The position numbers were made by a program, and so were the translations under genes. Below, in pieces: positions 18,686-28,754 of a DNA stretch of 64,000 bases (position 1 is its first letter; each line of letters begins with the position of its first letter). Under the pieces are notes generated by a model, which worked only from the letters and a program-made list of their open reading frames with translations, ran no database searches and was not told the origin of the DNA. The stretch is taken from the IMG/VR virus record IMGVR_UViG_3300020196_000017, one strand, 5' to 3'. Origin of the DNA: an uncultured virus (IMG/VR IMGVR_UViG_3300020196_000017) (Duplodnaviria > Heunggongvirae > Uroviricota > Caudoviricetes).

Positions 18686-21178
18686 TTACCTTGCACGTGC
18701 GTATTTAAACGGGTTTTCAGCGAAGGCTGCGTAGATGTAAGTGTTACTACTGGCGTTATAGTCGCCATAGTTAATTCGGAGTTTGAATCCGTTAGAGAGA
18801 ATATCAAAAGGATCGTTTGTGCTTTCGGCGATGGTTAAGTTGGCCCAAAGTCTTTTTTCGGTTGGGTTATAGGGATCTCTGGATGTATCGCGGATTATCC
18901 AGCTCCATCCTCCAGCATTAGAGGAGTTTTTAATTAATAGCCACCTTGGTCTAAATCCTGTATAAATAAACACGCCATCCGTGCTGCCGTTACCGATGTA
19001 ACTACCAAATGCAGAGTACCCAGCCACTGGGGCGAAGCAGTAGGCGATCATTGAGTCCCCAGATGCGTTCGGCGTGAATACTGAAGCTGTTGGTGCGGCT
19101 ACAACAGCATCTGCTTTTACATCTGTTGTATTCAAGCGCAAATAATCATATGAACCGTCTATAACCGTTGTGCCCACAAGCCAGTCAGAAGTTGTATCAC
19201 GTTTCTTTTCAATAATCAGTTTTGGTGCAACGCCAAGACCATGACCAACTGTGCCTGAAGGATTAGAATCGTAACTAACAATTGAGAATCCTGCACTTGC
19301 GTTTGCCCGAACAGTAGAAGCAATAGTTCCGTCGCTATTTGTGGAATTAGCTGACGCTGAATTCCAGGCCCAAGCAACGTAAGTGCTTGTGTTTAGATTG
19401 ACATAATTACCACTATCTGTATTATCACCAAGGCTAAATCCGTCTGCATTAAACGAAGTTAATTGTTTGGTATATGTAACTTCTGCTGCTGTATTGTTTG
19501 TTGACAGTATTTTTGTGTTTCCTCTTACGGCATCCATTACTGCGTTAAAGTAACCAGATGTGCTGCTCCGGTTTTGGATCCACACTAAATCAGGTGAAAA
19601 ATTTAATCCGGTAATATCTCTTGCACTTGCATTACCTGTATATAGTGCTATATCAAATTGAGTATTGCCTTTAACAATAGTAGGTTCTGGAAGGTTGGTG
19701 TCAACTAAAGCTTTAAACCCACTAGGCGCTGTGTATGCGAAGGGACGTTGACCAAAGTTGCAAGTAATTGTTACGCCTGTTGAATAATGATATGTGGCTG
19801 GAACCATTGGGTTTGTTAGACCAGTCGCACTAGGATTTGATCCTGTTGCCGGATTTCCAGACGCAAACCAAGTCCCATTTTTTCCAAACCAAATTCTGTT
19901 GTTATCAGCGTCAAATGCAACCATTAAAACGTCGCCAGAAGAAAGCGCGGTTCCGTAGGAACTAGAAGAGGCGTTTTGGCGCAATGTTGCGGCATCCATC
20001 CAACGCACTGTATCTGCTAATTCCCCTGGGACAGACGTGCTGGCAACACGCATAACACCAATGCCACCGTTATTGCCGCCTACATTGCCGCCTCCGGTAA
20101 AAGTGTATTCCGCATACCATTTACCAGACGAAAGAGCAAAAGTAGAAGTCCAGCCACTATCACTGTTTGTAACAGTTTTATTTGAAACAAGGTTTCCGTC
20201 AGTAGATGCAAGTGTTCCAGTTCCATAAGACTGAAGTGGATTTAATGTGCAGTAATTCCCCCTTACTTCTCCACCAACACCAGTATCAGTGCCATAAGAG
20301 GTAGGTGTATCTACCAGGGAATCATTACCGGCACCTGCTGTGACACTGAAATTATTAGGAGTCCAATCGTTACTACCAACACGGTCTTTACCAAGCGTGG
20401 TGGAAGTAGTTCCAGAGTTATCAGAGAAATCTAAATAGAAACCATTGGTACCATAAGTACCTATGTAATTAATAGGAGTCCACAAGCCAGTGGTTTGATC
20501 CGTTGCTCCAAACGAAGAAGGTGTTAATGCCTGGCCGTCAACAAAGTGTGTTTCTGCAAGGTAGCCATTTAAATGATAAAAAGCTGACGGAGAGTATCGT
20601 CCAATTGTATGCGCAGCTGCTTGATTTACACCTAAATCTGCATTTTGAGATGGATTTGTTCTTGTGCTAAATGCTGTAACTTGAGAGCCATTAACGTATA
20701 ACCTTACTCTATTATCTGCAGTTGCTTGTGTTGTGTCTACTGTTAGTACTAAATGATACCAGGCATTAGTATCTTTAAATACTTGTGATGTGACTAACCA
20801 AGTTGACGTGTATCCAACAATAGTTAGTGTTTCTGTGGGTGAAAAGTATACAGAAAATGCCCCAGCATCGGTGCTAGCAGAATAAACGTCAAAAAGCATT
20901 TGTGATCCCACGCCAAGCTCAGATCTTTTTAACCATCCACTCCATGTCCAAGTTTTCCTATTGCCCGCACCACTTGGCGTCCTGCTTAAATACGCACTAT
21001 CTGCTGAGTTAAATCTCAGACTTCTTGAGATTGTTACAGGTTCCGCTGGAGGAGTGGGCCACAGGTTATCTTTTTCTAAAGCAAACTGACTCCGCATGTT
21101 CCACATGCCGGAACGTACGGAGGAACTCCATGTAGTAGGAGTTGTGCCGAGATAACCACCTTCCCGCTTCTTACCCAT
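18686..21178 (-). CDS. tail fibre / receptor-binding protein, paralogue of 15651..18152
   Basis: Same block order; ends AENPFKYARAR. Confidence 0.8.
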   Translation of the reverse strand: MGKKREGGYLGTTPTTWSSSVRSGMWNMRSQFALEKDNLWPTPPAEPVTISRSLRFNSADSAYLSRTPSGAGNRKTWTWSGWLKRSELGVGSQMLFDVYSASTDAGAFSVYFSPTETLTIVGYTSTWLVTSQVFKDTNAWYHLVLTVDTTQATADNRVRLYVNGSQVTAFSTRTNPSQNADLGVNQAAAHTIGRYSPSAFYHLNGYLAETHFVDGQALTPSSFGATDQTTGLWTPINYIGTYGTNGFYLDFSDNSGTTSTTLGKDRVGSNDWTPNNFSVTAGAGNDSLVDTPTSYGTDTGVGGEVRGNYCTLNPLQSYGTGTLASTDGNLVSNKTVTNSDSGWTSTFALSSGKWYAEYTFTGGGNVGGNNGGIGVMRVASTSVPGELADTVRWMDAATLRQNASSSSYGTALSSGDVLMVAFDADNNRIWFGKNGTWFASGNPATGSNPSATGLTNPMVPATYHYSTGVTITCNFGQRPFAYTAPSGFKALVDTNLPEPTIVKGNTQFDIALYTGNASARDITGLNFSPDLVWIQNRSSTSGYFNAVMDAVRGNTKILSTNNTAAEVTYTKQLTSFNADGFSLGDNTDSGNYVNLNTSTYVAWAWNSASANSTNSDGTIASTVRANASAGFSIVSYDSNPSGTVGHGLGVAPKLIIEKKRDTTSDWLVGTTVIDGSYDYLRLNTTDVKADAVVAAPTASVFTPNASGDSMIAYCFAPVAGYSAFGSYIGNGSTDGVFIYTGFRPRWLLIKNSSNAGGWSWIIRDTSRDPYNPTEKRLWANLTIAESTNDPFDILSNGFKLRINYGDYNASSNTYIYAAFAENPFKYARAR

Positions 21179-21212
21179 CGGAGACTCTTTCTATATTTAT
21201 TTAGTCTATCAA

Positions 21213-21602
21213 TTAAGGCTGAATATCAAGCGCTGAAACGGTAAAAACAACACCAGAAGCAACCGAGGAACGTGCCCTTAATTTACTGCCGTAAGGAACG
21301 TTGGCTTTATTGACGATAAATTCCAGGGAGGAGTTGGCGGGTACCACAATGGTTTTACCCATTAAGAAACTCCCGGACTCAGTATCAACTGTACCCGTGG
21401 CAGTGCTAGTAGAGCCGGTCAGCGTGGTGTAAAGGCTTACGTTTACATCACCGGTGCTGGTGTTAGAAGCAAGCGCCGACAGCACAATGGAAACACCACT
21501 GGAGTTCGTTAAGGCACCGTCTTGGCCACTGGTGGGGTTATAAACATCAGCGATACCAGTGGTTGTTAACTGGGTACCTTTGAACTTAAAATACTCGGCC
21601 AT
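21213..21602 (-). CDS. putative virion (tail) structural protein
   Basis: 129 aa, Ser/Thr-rich beta-type composition, inside the fibre cluster. Confidence 0.6.
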   Translation of the reverse strand: MAEYFKFKGTQLTTTGIADVYNPTSGQDGALTNSSGVSIVLSALASNTSTGDVNVSLYTTLTGSTSTATGTVDTESGSFLMGKTIVVPANSSLEFIVNKANVPYGSKLRARSSVASGVVFTVSALDIQP

Positions 21603-21640
21603 TGCTAAGACTCTTTTCTACTGATTATAAGATCAAGAAA

Positions 21641-22240
21641 TTAACCAGCAAGGGCAATTACAAGCCCTAGGCTAACTCCTCCAGCGGTTGCTGCAGTTGT
21701 TTGCGTGGTGCCATCAGGGAACTTAAAGCCACCTGAGGTTGACTGAACAATACCTGACGTAACCACACCAGAGGCAAAGTTACCGCTGTTAAACAGGCTT
21801 AAGTTACCCCTGGTTGTAGCACCAGAGATTTGAGTAGTGAATACACCGGAAACAAAGTTGGCAGTCGTACCAGTTGTCGTTGTTCCCGTAAGAGTTGTGA
21901 AGTTCCCACCAAGGGCAGAAATATTAGTGAAGTTACCAGTATTACCAGTGACGGTGGCACCGGAAATTTGAGTGGTAAATACTCCGGAAACAAAATTGGC
22001 AGTCGTACCGGTAACAGTAGTACCAGTAAGCGTTGTAAAGCTGCCTCCAATGCCTGCAACATTGGTGAAGTTACCAGTATTACCAGTTACTGTTGCGCCA
22101 CTTACTTGGGAGGTAAATACGCCTGATGCTCCGGAAATCTGAGTAAAGCCATTTTGAACGGCTTGTGTAAAATCAAAAGTAGTATCACCGCTACCCGGAT
22201 CGTAAATAAGGGTATTAACTTTTAAAGTGCCGTATGCCAT
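21641..22240 (-). CDS. short Thr/Gly-repeat fibre protein
   Basis: SGVFTxQISGATVTG repeats; C-terminal GFKFPDGTTQTTA...SLGLVIAL. Confidence 0.7.
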   Translation of the reverse strand: MAYGTLKVNTLIYDPGSGDTTFDFTQAVQNGFTQISGASGVFTSQVSGATVTGNTGNFTNVAGIGGSFTTLTGTTVTGTTANFVSGVFTTQISGATVTGNTGNFTNISALGGNFTTLTGTTTTGTTANFVSGVFTTQISGATTRGNLSLFNSGNFASGVVTSGIVQSTSGGFKFPDGTTQTTAATAGGVSLGLVIALAG

Positions 22241-22260
22241 TGCGGTCTTTTCTTTTTATT

Positions 22261-24894
22261 TTAATTCAAGATTCTCCAGACACTTCCGGAGGGTATTGTA
22301 ACCGTAAAGCCGGATGCCACAGATGCTGTTTCAATAGAAGCAGCGTTGTAACCACTGGTAATAGTATAGTTCTGGTCAATGATTAATTTACTTTCTAATA
22401 CTGGTTTATCAATAACAATTCCACTACTGGTGCTGATAGCCCAAACTGTGCTTCCATTGCCAAGAGTTGTCAGTACGTAGCCTGAAAGCCCAACACTGTT
22501 TGGGAAAGAAAATTGACCAAAAGGTCGAACATCCCCTGCACCAGAAACAAACGTTGTTCCACCAGCAATAAAAGTAGAGCCAGAAACACGGCTGAACTGA
22601 CCAGATGTAACAGTTAAGGTGTCACCAGTAATTAAGGCGCCGGAAAGTTGGGAGGTAAATACTCCGCTGATCCCAGTAATTTGAGTGAATTGGCCATTAA
22701 TTCCGGTGATCGTAGTCCCCTGGATCGTATTACCGGTAATAGTTGTGCCTGAGATTTGGCTTGTGAATACACCACTAATTCCAGTAATAGTTGTGTATTG
22801 ACCGGTGTCTCCGGTAATTACGGCACCAGATAATTGACTCGTGAAAACACCAGAGCTGAAGTTGGCGTTTGTACCGGTAACGGTTGCGCCTGTGACGGTG
22901 GTGAATCCAGCGGTATTACCCGTTAATGTTCCAAATTGACCTGCATTTCCGGTAATTGTGGTACCAGAAATTTGTCCGGTGAAGACTCCACTAATGCCTG
23001 TGATTTGCGTAAATTGACCATTGATTCCAGTGAATGTGGTTCCCTGGATCGTATTGCCGGTAATCGTTGCACCGGAAATCTGGTTTGTGAATACACCGCT
23101 GGCAAAGTTAGCGTTGGTACCAGTGACAGTTGCACCGGTGACTGTTGTGAATCCAGCAGTATTACCAGTAAGAGTATTAAATTGCCCTGCATCGCCTGTG
23201 ATTACAGCTCCGGAAATATTAGTGGTTCCAACTAAGTAAGTTCCAGTAATATTTGTGGCTTGGATGTTTGTACCGGTAATTGTGGTACCACTTAAAGTTC
23301 CAGTGACATTGACACCAGAACTAAAAAATCCAGATCCTTGAACAACTAAATCACCGGTAACAGTTAGTGTTCCGGAAACCGTTTGTGAATACGCAGTTAA
23401 ATTTTGAAATGTACCGGAGGTGAAATGAGCAATATTACCGGTAACCGTTGCACCAGAAATTTGAGTGGTGAAAACACCCGAAGAAAAGTTTGCAGTAGTA
23501 CCAGTGATTGTGGCGCCGGTCAGCGTAGTGAAACCACCGCCTATTCCGGTAATACTTGTGAATTGACCGTTGGTACCGGTAATTGTTGTTCCGGTAATAG
23601 TCGTAAAGCCCGCTGTATTACCAGTCAGTGTGGTGAATTGGCCAAGATTACCGGTGACCGTGGCACCAGACAAAGTATTTGTAAAGGTTCCGCTACTGAA
23701 GTTAGCGTTAGTGCCGGTGACTGTGGCCCCTGTAAGCGTTGTAAACCCACCGCCAATACCAGTGATGGAAAAAAACTGACCCGTTGTACCAGTAATGGTT
23801 ACACCAGAAATACTGCCAGAGTTTACTGTTAAGCCTGAGGCAATTGTTGCTGTTTGACCAACGGTGAGTGTTCCGCTAGTAAGAATATTGCCAGTGACGG
23901 TAATGTTTTGTTTGACAACACCGGTTTCAAACGTTGCCGTAATAGCATTTAATGTTGTGAAATTTCCAGTATTTCCAGTGATTGTGGCGCCGGAGATCTG
24001 TGAGTTAAAAACTCCGCTATTACCTGTAAGAGTTGTAAAATTAGCAGTGTTTCCGGTAATCGAAGCACCGGAAATTTGACTTGTGAAAACACCTGATCCG
24101 CCAGTGATTGTGGTGAATTGTGCGTTAGTGCCAGTAACTGTTACGCCACTGACTGTTCCACTGATATTGACACCAGAACTAAAGAAGCCAGAGCCCAGTA
24201 CACGCAGATTTCCGGTAACCGCAAGGTCTCCGCTAATGTTCTGAGAAGCAACGTTTAACGTTTGGAACGTACCACTGGTGGCATTGATGTTATTGCCAGT
24301 GATTGTTGCGCCAGAAATCTGAGTGGTGAATACGCCACTGCTTGCATTGACCGTCGTACCTGTAATGGTTACGCCGCTGACGGTATTAGCAGTAACAATG
24401 TTTGAAAAATTACCGGTCAGTGTATTGACCGTCGTACCGGTAATTGTTGTACCAGAGAGCTGTGATGTGAATACACCACTGCTAGCGTTAACAACATTTC
24501 CGGTAACGGTAGTGAATTGACCGGAGGTACCAGCAACAAGATTTCCTTGGATCGTATTACCGGTAATTGTGTTGCCGGTCAGCGTTCCCGTAATACTCGC
24601 GCCGTTTTGTACGACTAAGCTGGCGAGGGTTGTGGTCCCAGTGACCGTAATGCTATTTAGTGTTGTGCTTCCAGAGACAGTAATGTTGTTGGCAAAAATT
24701 ACCGCACCGCTAACGGTACCGCCTGTAAGAGGTAAATAATAAAGATCTAAATATGCACGAACGCCGGAAACAGTTAGTTTTTTATTTTTAATTGTGGGGT
24801 CGACTTCTGCGACCTGTACAACGGTAAATAGGTCACCGTCCGCCAGATTGATCCCGGCGATTTCCTGTAGATCAGAGATCCTACGGTTTGCCAC
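22261..24894 (-). CDS. long Thr/Gly-repeat tail fibre protein
   Basis: N-terminal RRISDL; dozens of GTTITG/SGVFTSQISG repeats; C-terminal VTIPSGSVWRI. Confidence 0.8.
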   Translation of the reverse strand: MANRRISDLQEIAGINLADGDLFTVVQVAEVDPTIKNKKLTVSGVRAYLDLYYLPLTGGTVSGAVIFANNITVSGSTTLNSITVTGTTTLASLVVQNGASITGTLTGNTITGNTIQGNLVAGTSGQFTTVTGNVVNASSGVFTSQLSGTTITGTTVNTLTGNFSNIVTANTVSGVTITGTTVNASSGVFTTQISGATITGNNINATSGTFQTLNVASQNISGDLAVTGNLRVLGSGFFSSGVNISGTVSGVTVTGTNAQFTTITGGSGVFTSQISGASITGNTANFTTLTGNSGVFNSQISGATITGNTGNFTTLNAITATFETGVVKQNITVTGNILTSGTLTVGQTATIASGLTVNSGSISGVTITGTTGQFFSITGIGGGFTTLTGATVTGTNANFSSGTFTNTLSGATVTGNLGQFTTLTGNTAGFTTITGTTITGTNGQFTSITGIGGGFTTLTGATITGTTANFSSGVFTTQISGATVTGNIAHFTSGTFQNLTAYSQTVSGTLTVTGDLVVQGSGFFSSGVNVTGTLSGTTITGTNIQATNITGTYLVGTTNISGAVITGDAGQFNTLTGNTAGFTTVTGATVTGTNANFASGVFTNQISGATITGNTIQGTTFTGINGQFTQITGISGVFTGQISGTTITGNAGQFGTLTGNTAGFTTVTGATVTGTNANFSSGVFTSQLSGAVITGDTGQYTTITGISGVFTSQISGTTITGNTIQGTTITGINGQFTQITGISGVFTSQLSGALITGDTLTVTSGQFSRVSGSTFIAGGTTFVSGAGDVRPFGQFSFPNSVGLSGYVLTTLGNGSTVWAISTSSGIVIDKPVLESKLIIDQNYTITSGYNAASIETASVASGFTVTIPSGSVWRILN

Positions 24895-24944
24895 CTATTA
24901 AATCACATAGTCTCGTTATATGAATTATACTTTCACCAACTCCG

Positions 24945-25295
24945 TTATTTGAGCTTGATTTCAATGCGCGGAAGCGTGTTCATCAAAAAGGTTCCGGCCA
25001 TTTGAACACCAAAGACAACCCCACAGGAAACGACCAGTACAAGCAAAAGCTCTGCCACCGTCAAATTTCGACGCACATAAACGACTTGTTGCTGCGGCGG
25101 AACAAATGAAGGCACCGGAGGTTGCGATGCAAAAGCTTGTTGAATAGCTAACTCACGCGCTTTGGCCTTCATTTCTTCCAGCTGTTCAGGCGTGATGTTT
25201 CCAGGGATACTCACCGATCCTTGAACAGAAGCAAAAGGAGGAAGCTGGCTGTTGGGGATTTGTTCAGACATTGGAAAGGCAAAATCTTTTCCCAC
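24945..25295 (-). CDS. hypothetical membrane protein
   Basis: C-terminal hydrophobic helix; start may be ATG 25271. Confidence 0.55.
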   Translation of the reverse strand: MGKDFAFPMSEQIPNSQLPPFASVQGSVSIPGNITPEQLEEMKAKARELAIQQAFASQPPVPSFVPPQQQVVYVRRNLTVAELLLVLVVSCGVVFGVQMAGTFLMNTLPRIEIKLK

Positions 25296-25326
25296 ACACT
25301 AGCATTTAAACAAATCTTGTGGTGTT

Positions 25327-25755
25327 ATGACCTACGGCATCAGGAAAGGACTTGAAGACATTGCGTTTGAGCTGAAAGGAATCAGGGCTGCTCTCAGCGC
25401 AATGTGGAGAGTTCGCTACGAATATGACGAAACGGACGTATTGCATCCAGAGGTTTACGCAGATGAGTTTATCTCAACAGAAGAGTGCGCTCGTAGGCTT
25501 GGCGTCTCAGATCAAACGATTCGCAACTGGATTTCCATTGGGAGAAAAGATAAGAAAAACGGCTGGAAAGAAGGTTTGCATTACGTCAACATCTCCCCAG
25601 ATGGCCACAAGAAAGCAGTCATTCGAATTCCCTGGAACGAACTGGTGCGTTCAGTAGTTAAGAACCGTAAAACTACCTTCCAAGATTTTACGGAAGGCTC
25701 TCGGCCTATTTACCAGAAAGCTGCAGCGAAGAAAGATGTTGATAACAAGATTTGA
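25327..25755 (+). CDS. helix-turn-helix DNA-binding protein
   Basis: ISTEECARRLGVSDQTIRNWI. Confidence 0.75.
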   Translation: MTYGIRKGLEDIAFELKGIRAALSAMWRVRYEYDETDVLHPEVYADEFISTEECARRLGVSDQTIRNWISIGRKDKKNGWKEGLHYVNISPDGHKKAVIRIPWNELVRSVVKNRKTTFQDFTEGSRPIYQKAAAKKDVDNKI

Positions 25756-26248
25756 CAATTTTTCAATAGATGCGGTCACTGTTGAGAACTGTTCTCAATT
25801 ACTGCCCAACTCTTTGTATCTGCAGTTGGTGGATTTTCTTCCGCCCAGCGGCTCATTTGACGATGGCTGCCTCCAAAGATATTTGGAAAACCTTAAAAAG
25901 TACGAAGAAGAAGACGCCAATTCCGGAATGACTTTGGCAAATAGATTGCGGCTGGCATTCAAAGATATGCAACCTGACACAATCTGTGGTAAGTTTCCCC
26001 AAGCAGAACTGCCGCTTAAAAGACGGTTGCGCTGTGTAGCAGAGTATCTCATCCGTTCTGGTGAGTTTGATAAGCTGCGCGATGACAATGGCAAGCTAAT
26101 GAAAAAACGTGGAGTTTTAGGAAAGCTTGTCGTTATTTACAAACCGCTCCCGAAACTTTTAGAATCGCTTCAAAAGCAAGAGTTGATTAAAAATGAATCG
26201 AAGGGAAAAGCTGCTTCTTCAACTGTTGGGCAAGGATCTAGAGGATGA
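25736..26248 (+). CDS. hypothetical phage protein
   Basis: 170-aa ORF in the + operon. Confidence 0.6.
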   Translation: MLITRFDNFSIDAVTVENCSQLLPNSLYLQLVDFLPPSGSFDDGCLQRYLENLKKYEEEDANSGMTLANRLRLAFKDMQPDTICGKFPQAELPLKRRLRCVAEYLIRSGEFDKLRDDNGKLMKKRGVLGKLVVIYKPLPKLLESLQKQELIKNESKGKAASSTVGQGSRG

Positions 26249-26582
26249 AACTAAAGCAAAAATGCTGGAAACCACAGTTGCTCTTATCTTGGGCGACATG
26301 GGTAGCATGTATACAAAATTCTGGGAAGCCGAAGGACCGGGAATCTTGTGCTTCCAGCCAGCAAATAAAGAAAGGCAGGTTTTTTTCCTGACACTTAAAG
26401 AGTTGCACTCGGCACAAGAACAGTGCGAACGAGAGAATGATGGAGATATGGCAGAAACTTTTCGACGCATTCTTCAGGCTGCCCAAAAAATTAACCCACA
26501 AGAAAAAGCTGGTTACATCATTAATGATGAAGAGGGCATTCGCTATTTGGAAATAGACTATAACGTCGTTGCAGGTGACTGA
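26193..26582 (+). CDS. hypothetical phage protein
   Basis: 129-aa ORF; stop overlaps the next ATG. Confidence 0.6.
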   Translation: MNRREKLLLQLLGKDLEDETKAKMLETTVALILGDMGSMYTKFWEAEGPGILCFQPANKERQVFFLTLKELHSAQEQCERENDGDMAETFRRILQAAQKINPQEKAGYIINDEEGIRYLEIDYNVVAGD

Positions 26583-27166
26583 TGGGCGGTAAATTTCGTC
26601 AAAAAGTTGAAGATCTTGAGCTTATTACAAGCTTCGATTTAATTGGGGCTGCTCATGAACTACTGGGCAATATTGACTTAGATCCAGCCAGTTCAAAAGT
26701 TGCCAACTCCTATGTGCAAGCTGACAATTTTTTTACGCCTCAAGACGACGGGTTGAATAGCCAGCTTTGGTTTGGCAAAGTTTATTTGTTTCCTCCAAGT
26801 GGATCTTACTTTTGGGAAGAAAAGAATCAAAGATGGAAAATGACACGAGCAAGTTCAGTGTCTTTGATCTCGGGGCATGCCTTGTGGTTTAGAAAACTTT
26901 ACAAAGCCTGGATGAATGGAGAAGTTGAGCAAGGTCTTTATTTTAGTAACTGTCCAGACATGGTCAGATACGATCAAACAATCTTTGATTTCCCCATGTG
27001 TTTTCTCAGGACTGCTCCTGTTTTGATAAAAAACACCAGTGAAGGTATTGGGAGACATCGAACGTCTACCAGTTTTCTAGTTTATTTGCAACCGAAAGAT
27101 CGCTCAGGTGAGGCAACTCAGAAATTCATTGACATTTATTCAGATAGGGGACGAGTACTCGCTTGA
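26582..27166 (+). CDS. DNA N6-adenine methyltransferase-like protein with divergent catalytic motif
   Basis: IDLDPASS, DDGL and W.GKVYLFPPSG in place of NPPY. Confidence 0.65.
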   Translation: MGGKFRQKVEDLELITSFDLIGAAHELLGNIDLDPASSKVANSYVQADNFFTPQDDGLNSQLWFGKVYLFPPSGSYFWEEKNQRWKMTRASSVSLISGHALWFRKLYKAWMNGEVEQGLYFSNCPDMVRYDQTIFDFPMCFLRTAPVLIKNTSEGIGRHRTSTSFLVYLQPKDRSGEATQKFIDIYSDRGRVLA

Positions 27167-27199
27167 GTTCGGTATACTGAAAAACGAATTGAAGGTCTT

Positions 27200-27787
27200 A
27201 TGAGCGTTCTTGCAGATTGGGAAATTAAATACCTGGCCGAAAAAGAGGGGATGATTAGTCCGTTCCAGGATCATCTCGTCAGCGAAGAAAACGGACAACG
27301 CATTTTGAGCTATGGGCTTAGCTCTTATGGCTACGACATTCGCCTGTCAACAAAGCAGTGTTTAATTTTCGGTCGTACCCAGTCTGGCGATTGCGATCCT
27401 AAAGAATTTAATAAAGATATTCTTCATCCAGCCGAGTTACTGGAAGATGAAAAAGGTCAGTATTTCTTGTTGCCTCCTTTTGGTTACTGCCTAGGGGTTG
27501 CAGAAGAACATCTCAAACTTCCCAGGGACATAACTGTCGTCGCAGTTGGTAAATCAACCTATGCACGTTCTGGAATTTTGGTAAACATTACTCCAGCAGA
27601 AGCAGGATGGAAGGGTCATCTTACTTTGGAAATCAGTAATTGCACTGGACTTTTTAATCGCATCTATGCCAACGAAGGTATTACGCAACTGCTATTCCAT
27701 CGTGGTAGTTCGTGTGAAACCAGTTACCAAGATCGAAAAGGCAAGTACCAAAACCAAACTCACAAAGTTGTGCTCGCCAAGGTATGA
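27200..27787 (+). CDS. dcd: dCTP deaminase
   Basis: SYGLSSYGYDIRL, GKSTYARSG, GHLTLEISN, YANEGITQ, YQDRKGKYQ. Confidence 0.92.
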   Translation: MSVLADWEIKYLAEKEGMISPFQDHLVSEENGQRILSYGLSSYGYDIRLSTKQCLIFGRTQSGDCDPKEFNKDILHPAELLEDEKGQYFLLPPFGYCLGVAEEHLKLPRDITVVAVGKSTYARSGILVNITPAEAGWKGHLTLEISNCTGLFNRIYANEGITQLLFHRGSSCETSYQDRKGKYQNQTHKVVLAKV

Positions 27788-27984
27788 ACCCAACTACATG
27801 CTTAGATATTCTTGAGATTCTTTACGACGACGTTATCTGTTTAGAAGACGATACCCTGGCAACAAAACTTGCTAGGTTTCGATCTGAAGAAGTGCAATGG
27901 GTTTTAAATATGATTAAACCCAGGCTTGAAGAATTAAGAGATAGTTTAGAACTAGAAGAAATGAATCAACTTACGTTCGATTAA
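27784..27984 (+). CDS. hypothetical protein
   Basis: 66-aa ORF, ATGA-coupled to dcd. Confidence 0.5.
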   Translation: MNPTTCLDILEILYDDVICLEDDTLATKLARFRSEEVQWVLNMIKPRLEELRDSLELEEMNQLTFD

Positions 27985-28370
27985 TAATTGTAGGGACGGC
28001 CAAAGCTTGGTTGGGGTTTATTGGCATAGTTAGTGCTGCCCGCAGTGCCAATTGTATCTCCCATACTTGGCAACGTTGTTCCGTCGATCACGGCTTCGCT
28101 GCGCGGTGTTTTGCCACGAATCATCGGCTCGTCAATCCCAGCCTTTTGACGAAACTTGCCCGCACTTTTTGCGGCACGGAAATATTTAGCAACCCGATCT
28201 TGCTGGCGGGCATTTTCAGTATCTGCCCTGGAAGCAGTAAGTTTTTCTTCTGTATCTAAACGGCGTAAATCCGTGTCATACGCTTGTTCCGGATTGAGGT
28301 CCGAAAGTTCTGCTCCAGACGTTCCAGAGTCTTTCTGGGGATCGTAAGTAGGATCGAAGAAGTTAAGCAT
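27981..28370 (-). CDS. hypothetical protein
   Basis: 129-aa ORF with TAAAAT just upstream. Confidence 0.6.
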   Translation of the reverse strand: MLNFFDPTYDPQKDSGTSGAELSDLNPEQAYDTDLRRLDTEEKLTASRADTENARQQDRVAKYFRAAKSAGKFRQKAGIDEPMIRGKTPRSEAVIDGTTLPSMGDTIGTAGSTNYANKPQPSFGRPYNY

Positions 28371-28406
28371 GATAGTATTTTAAAAGAGGTAATTCCGGCT
28401 TATAAG

Positions 28407-28754
28407 ATGATGCACGGAGACGCAACAGGTTTCTTAGATAGCTTCGTAAAAGACGAAGTGTTGTGTCGTTGTTTGTCTGAAGAAGATTTTGGACAACCTC
28501 TCGCTACGGCAAAAAGTGATGTACCATTACAGGACATGTACAACCGTGGTTTAGTCGCATGTCAGGACGGAAGGGAGAGGACAAATTTGTCGATCGAGGG
28601 GGGACGGCCCGGAATGACGGGTTACATTCCGTCGATGGAGCAGGGACTTCAGATGGGAGCAGCACCCAAGCCCAAAGCATTGGTGATGGAGCTGGAAGAG
28701 CCGACCGAGGAGATGCGCGAGATGTCACGAAAGCGCCGTGGTTTAACCCGGTAG
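28407..28754 (+). CDS. hypothetical protein
   Basis: Likely start ATG 28407 (MMHGDATGFLDSF...). Confidence 0.55.
   Translation: MMHGDATGFLDSFVKDEVLCRCLSEEDFGQPLATAKSDVPLQDMYNRGLVACQDGRERTNLSIEGGRPGMTGYIPSMEQGLQMGAAPKPKALVMELEEPTEEMREMSRKRRGLTR

Noticed and set aside
15651..21178. Diversity-generating retroelement or invertible shufflon acting on the fibres
   Set aside because: No reverse transcriptase or intact invertase in the window; repeats are direct and I saw no adenine-specific mismatch pattern
21641..24894. DNA-level tandem repeat element and the many antisense ORFs here
   Set aside because: Repeats are degenerate at third positions, so they reflect the Thr/Gly protein repeat; the antisense ORFs are shadows
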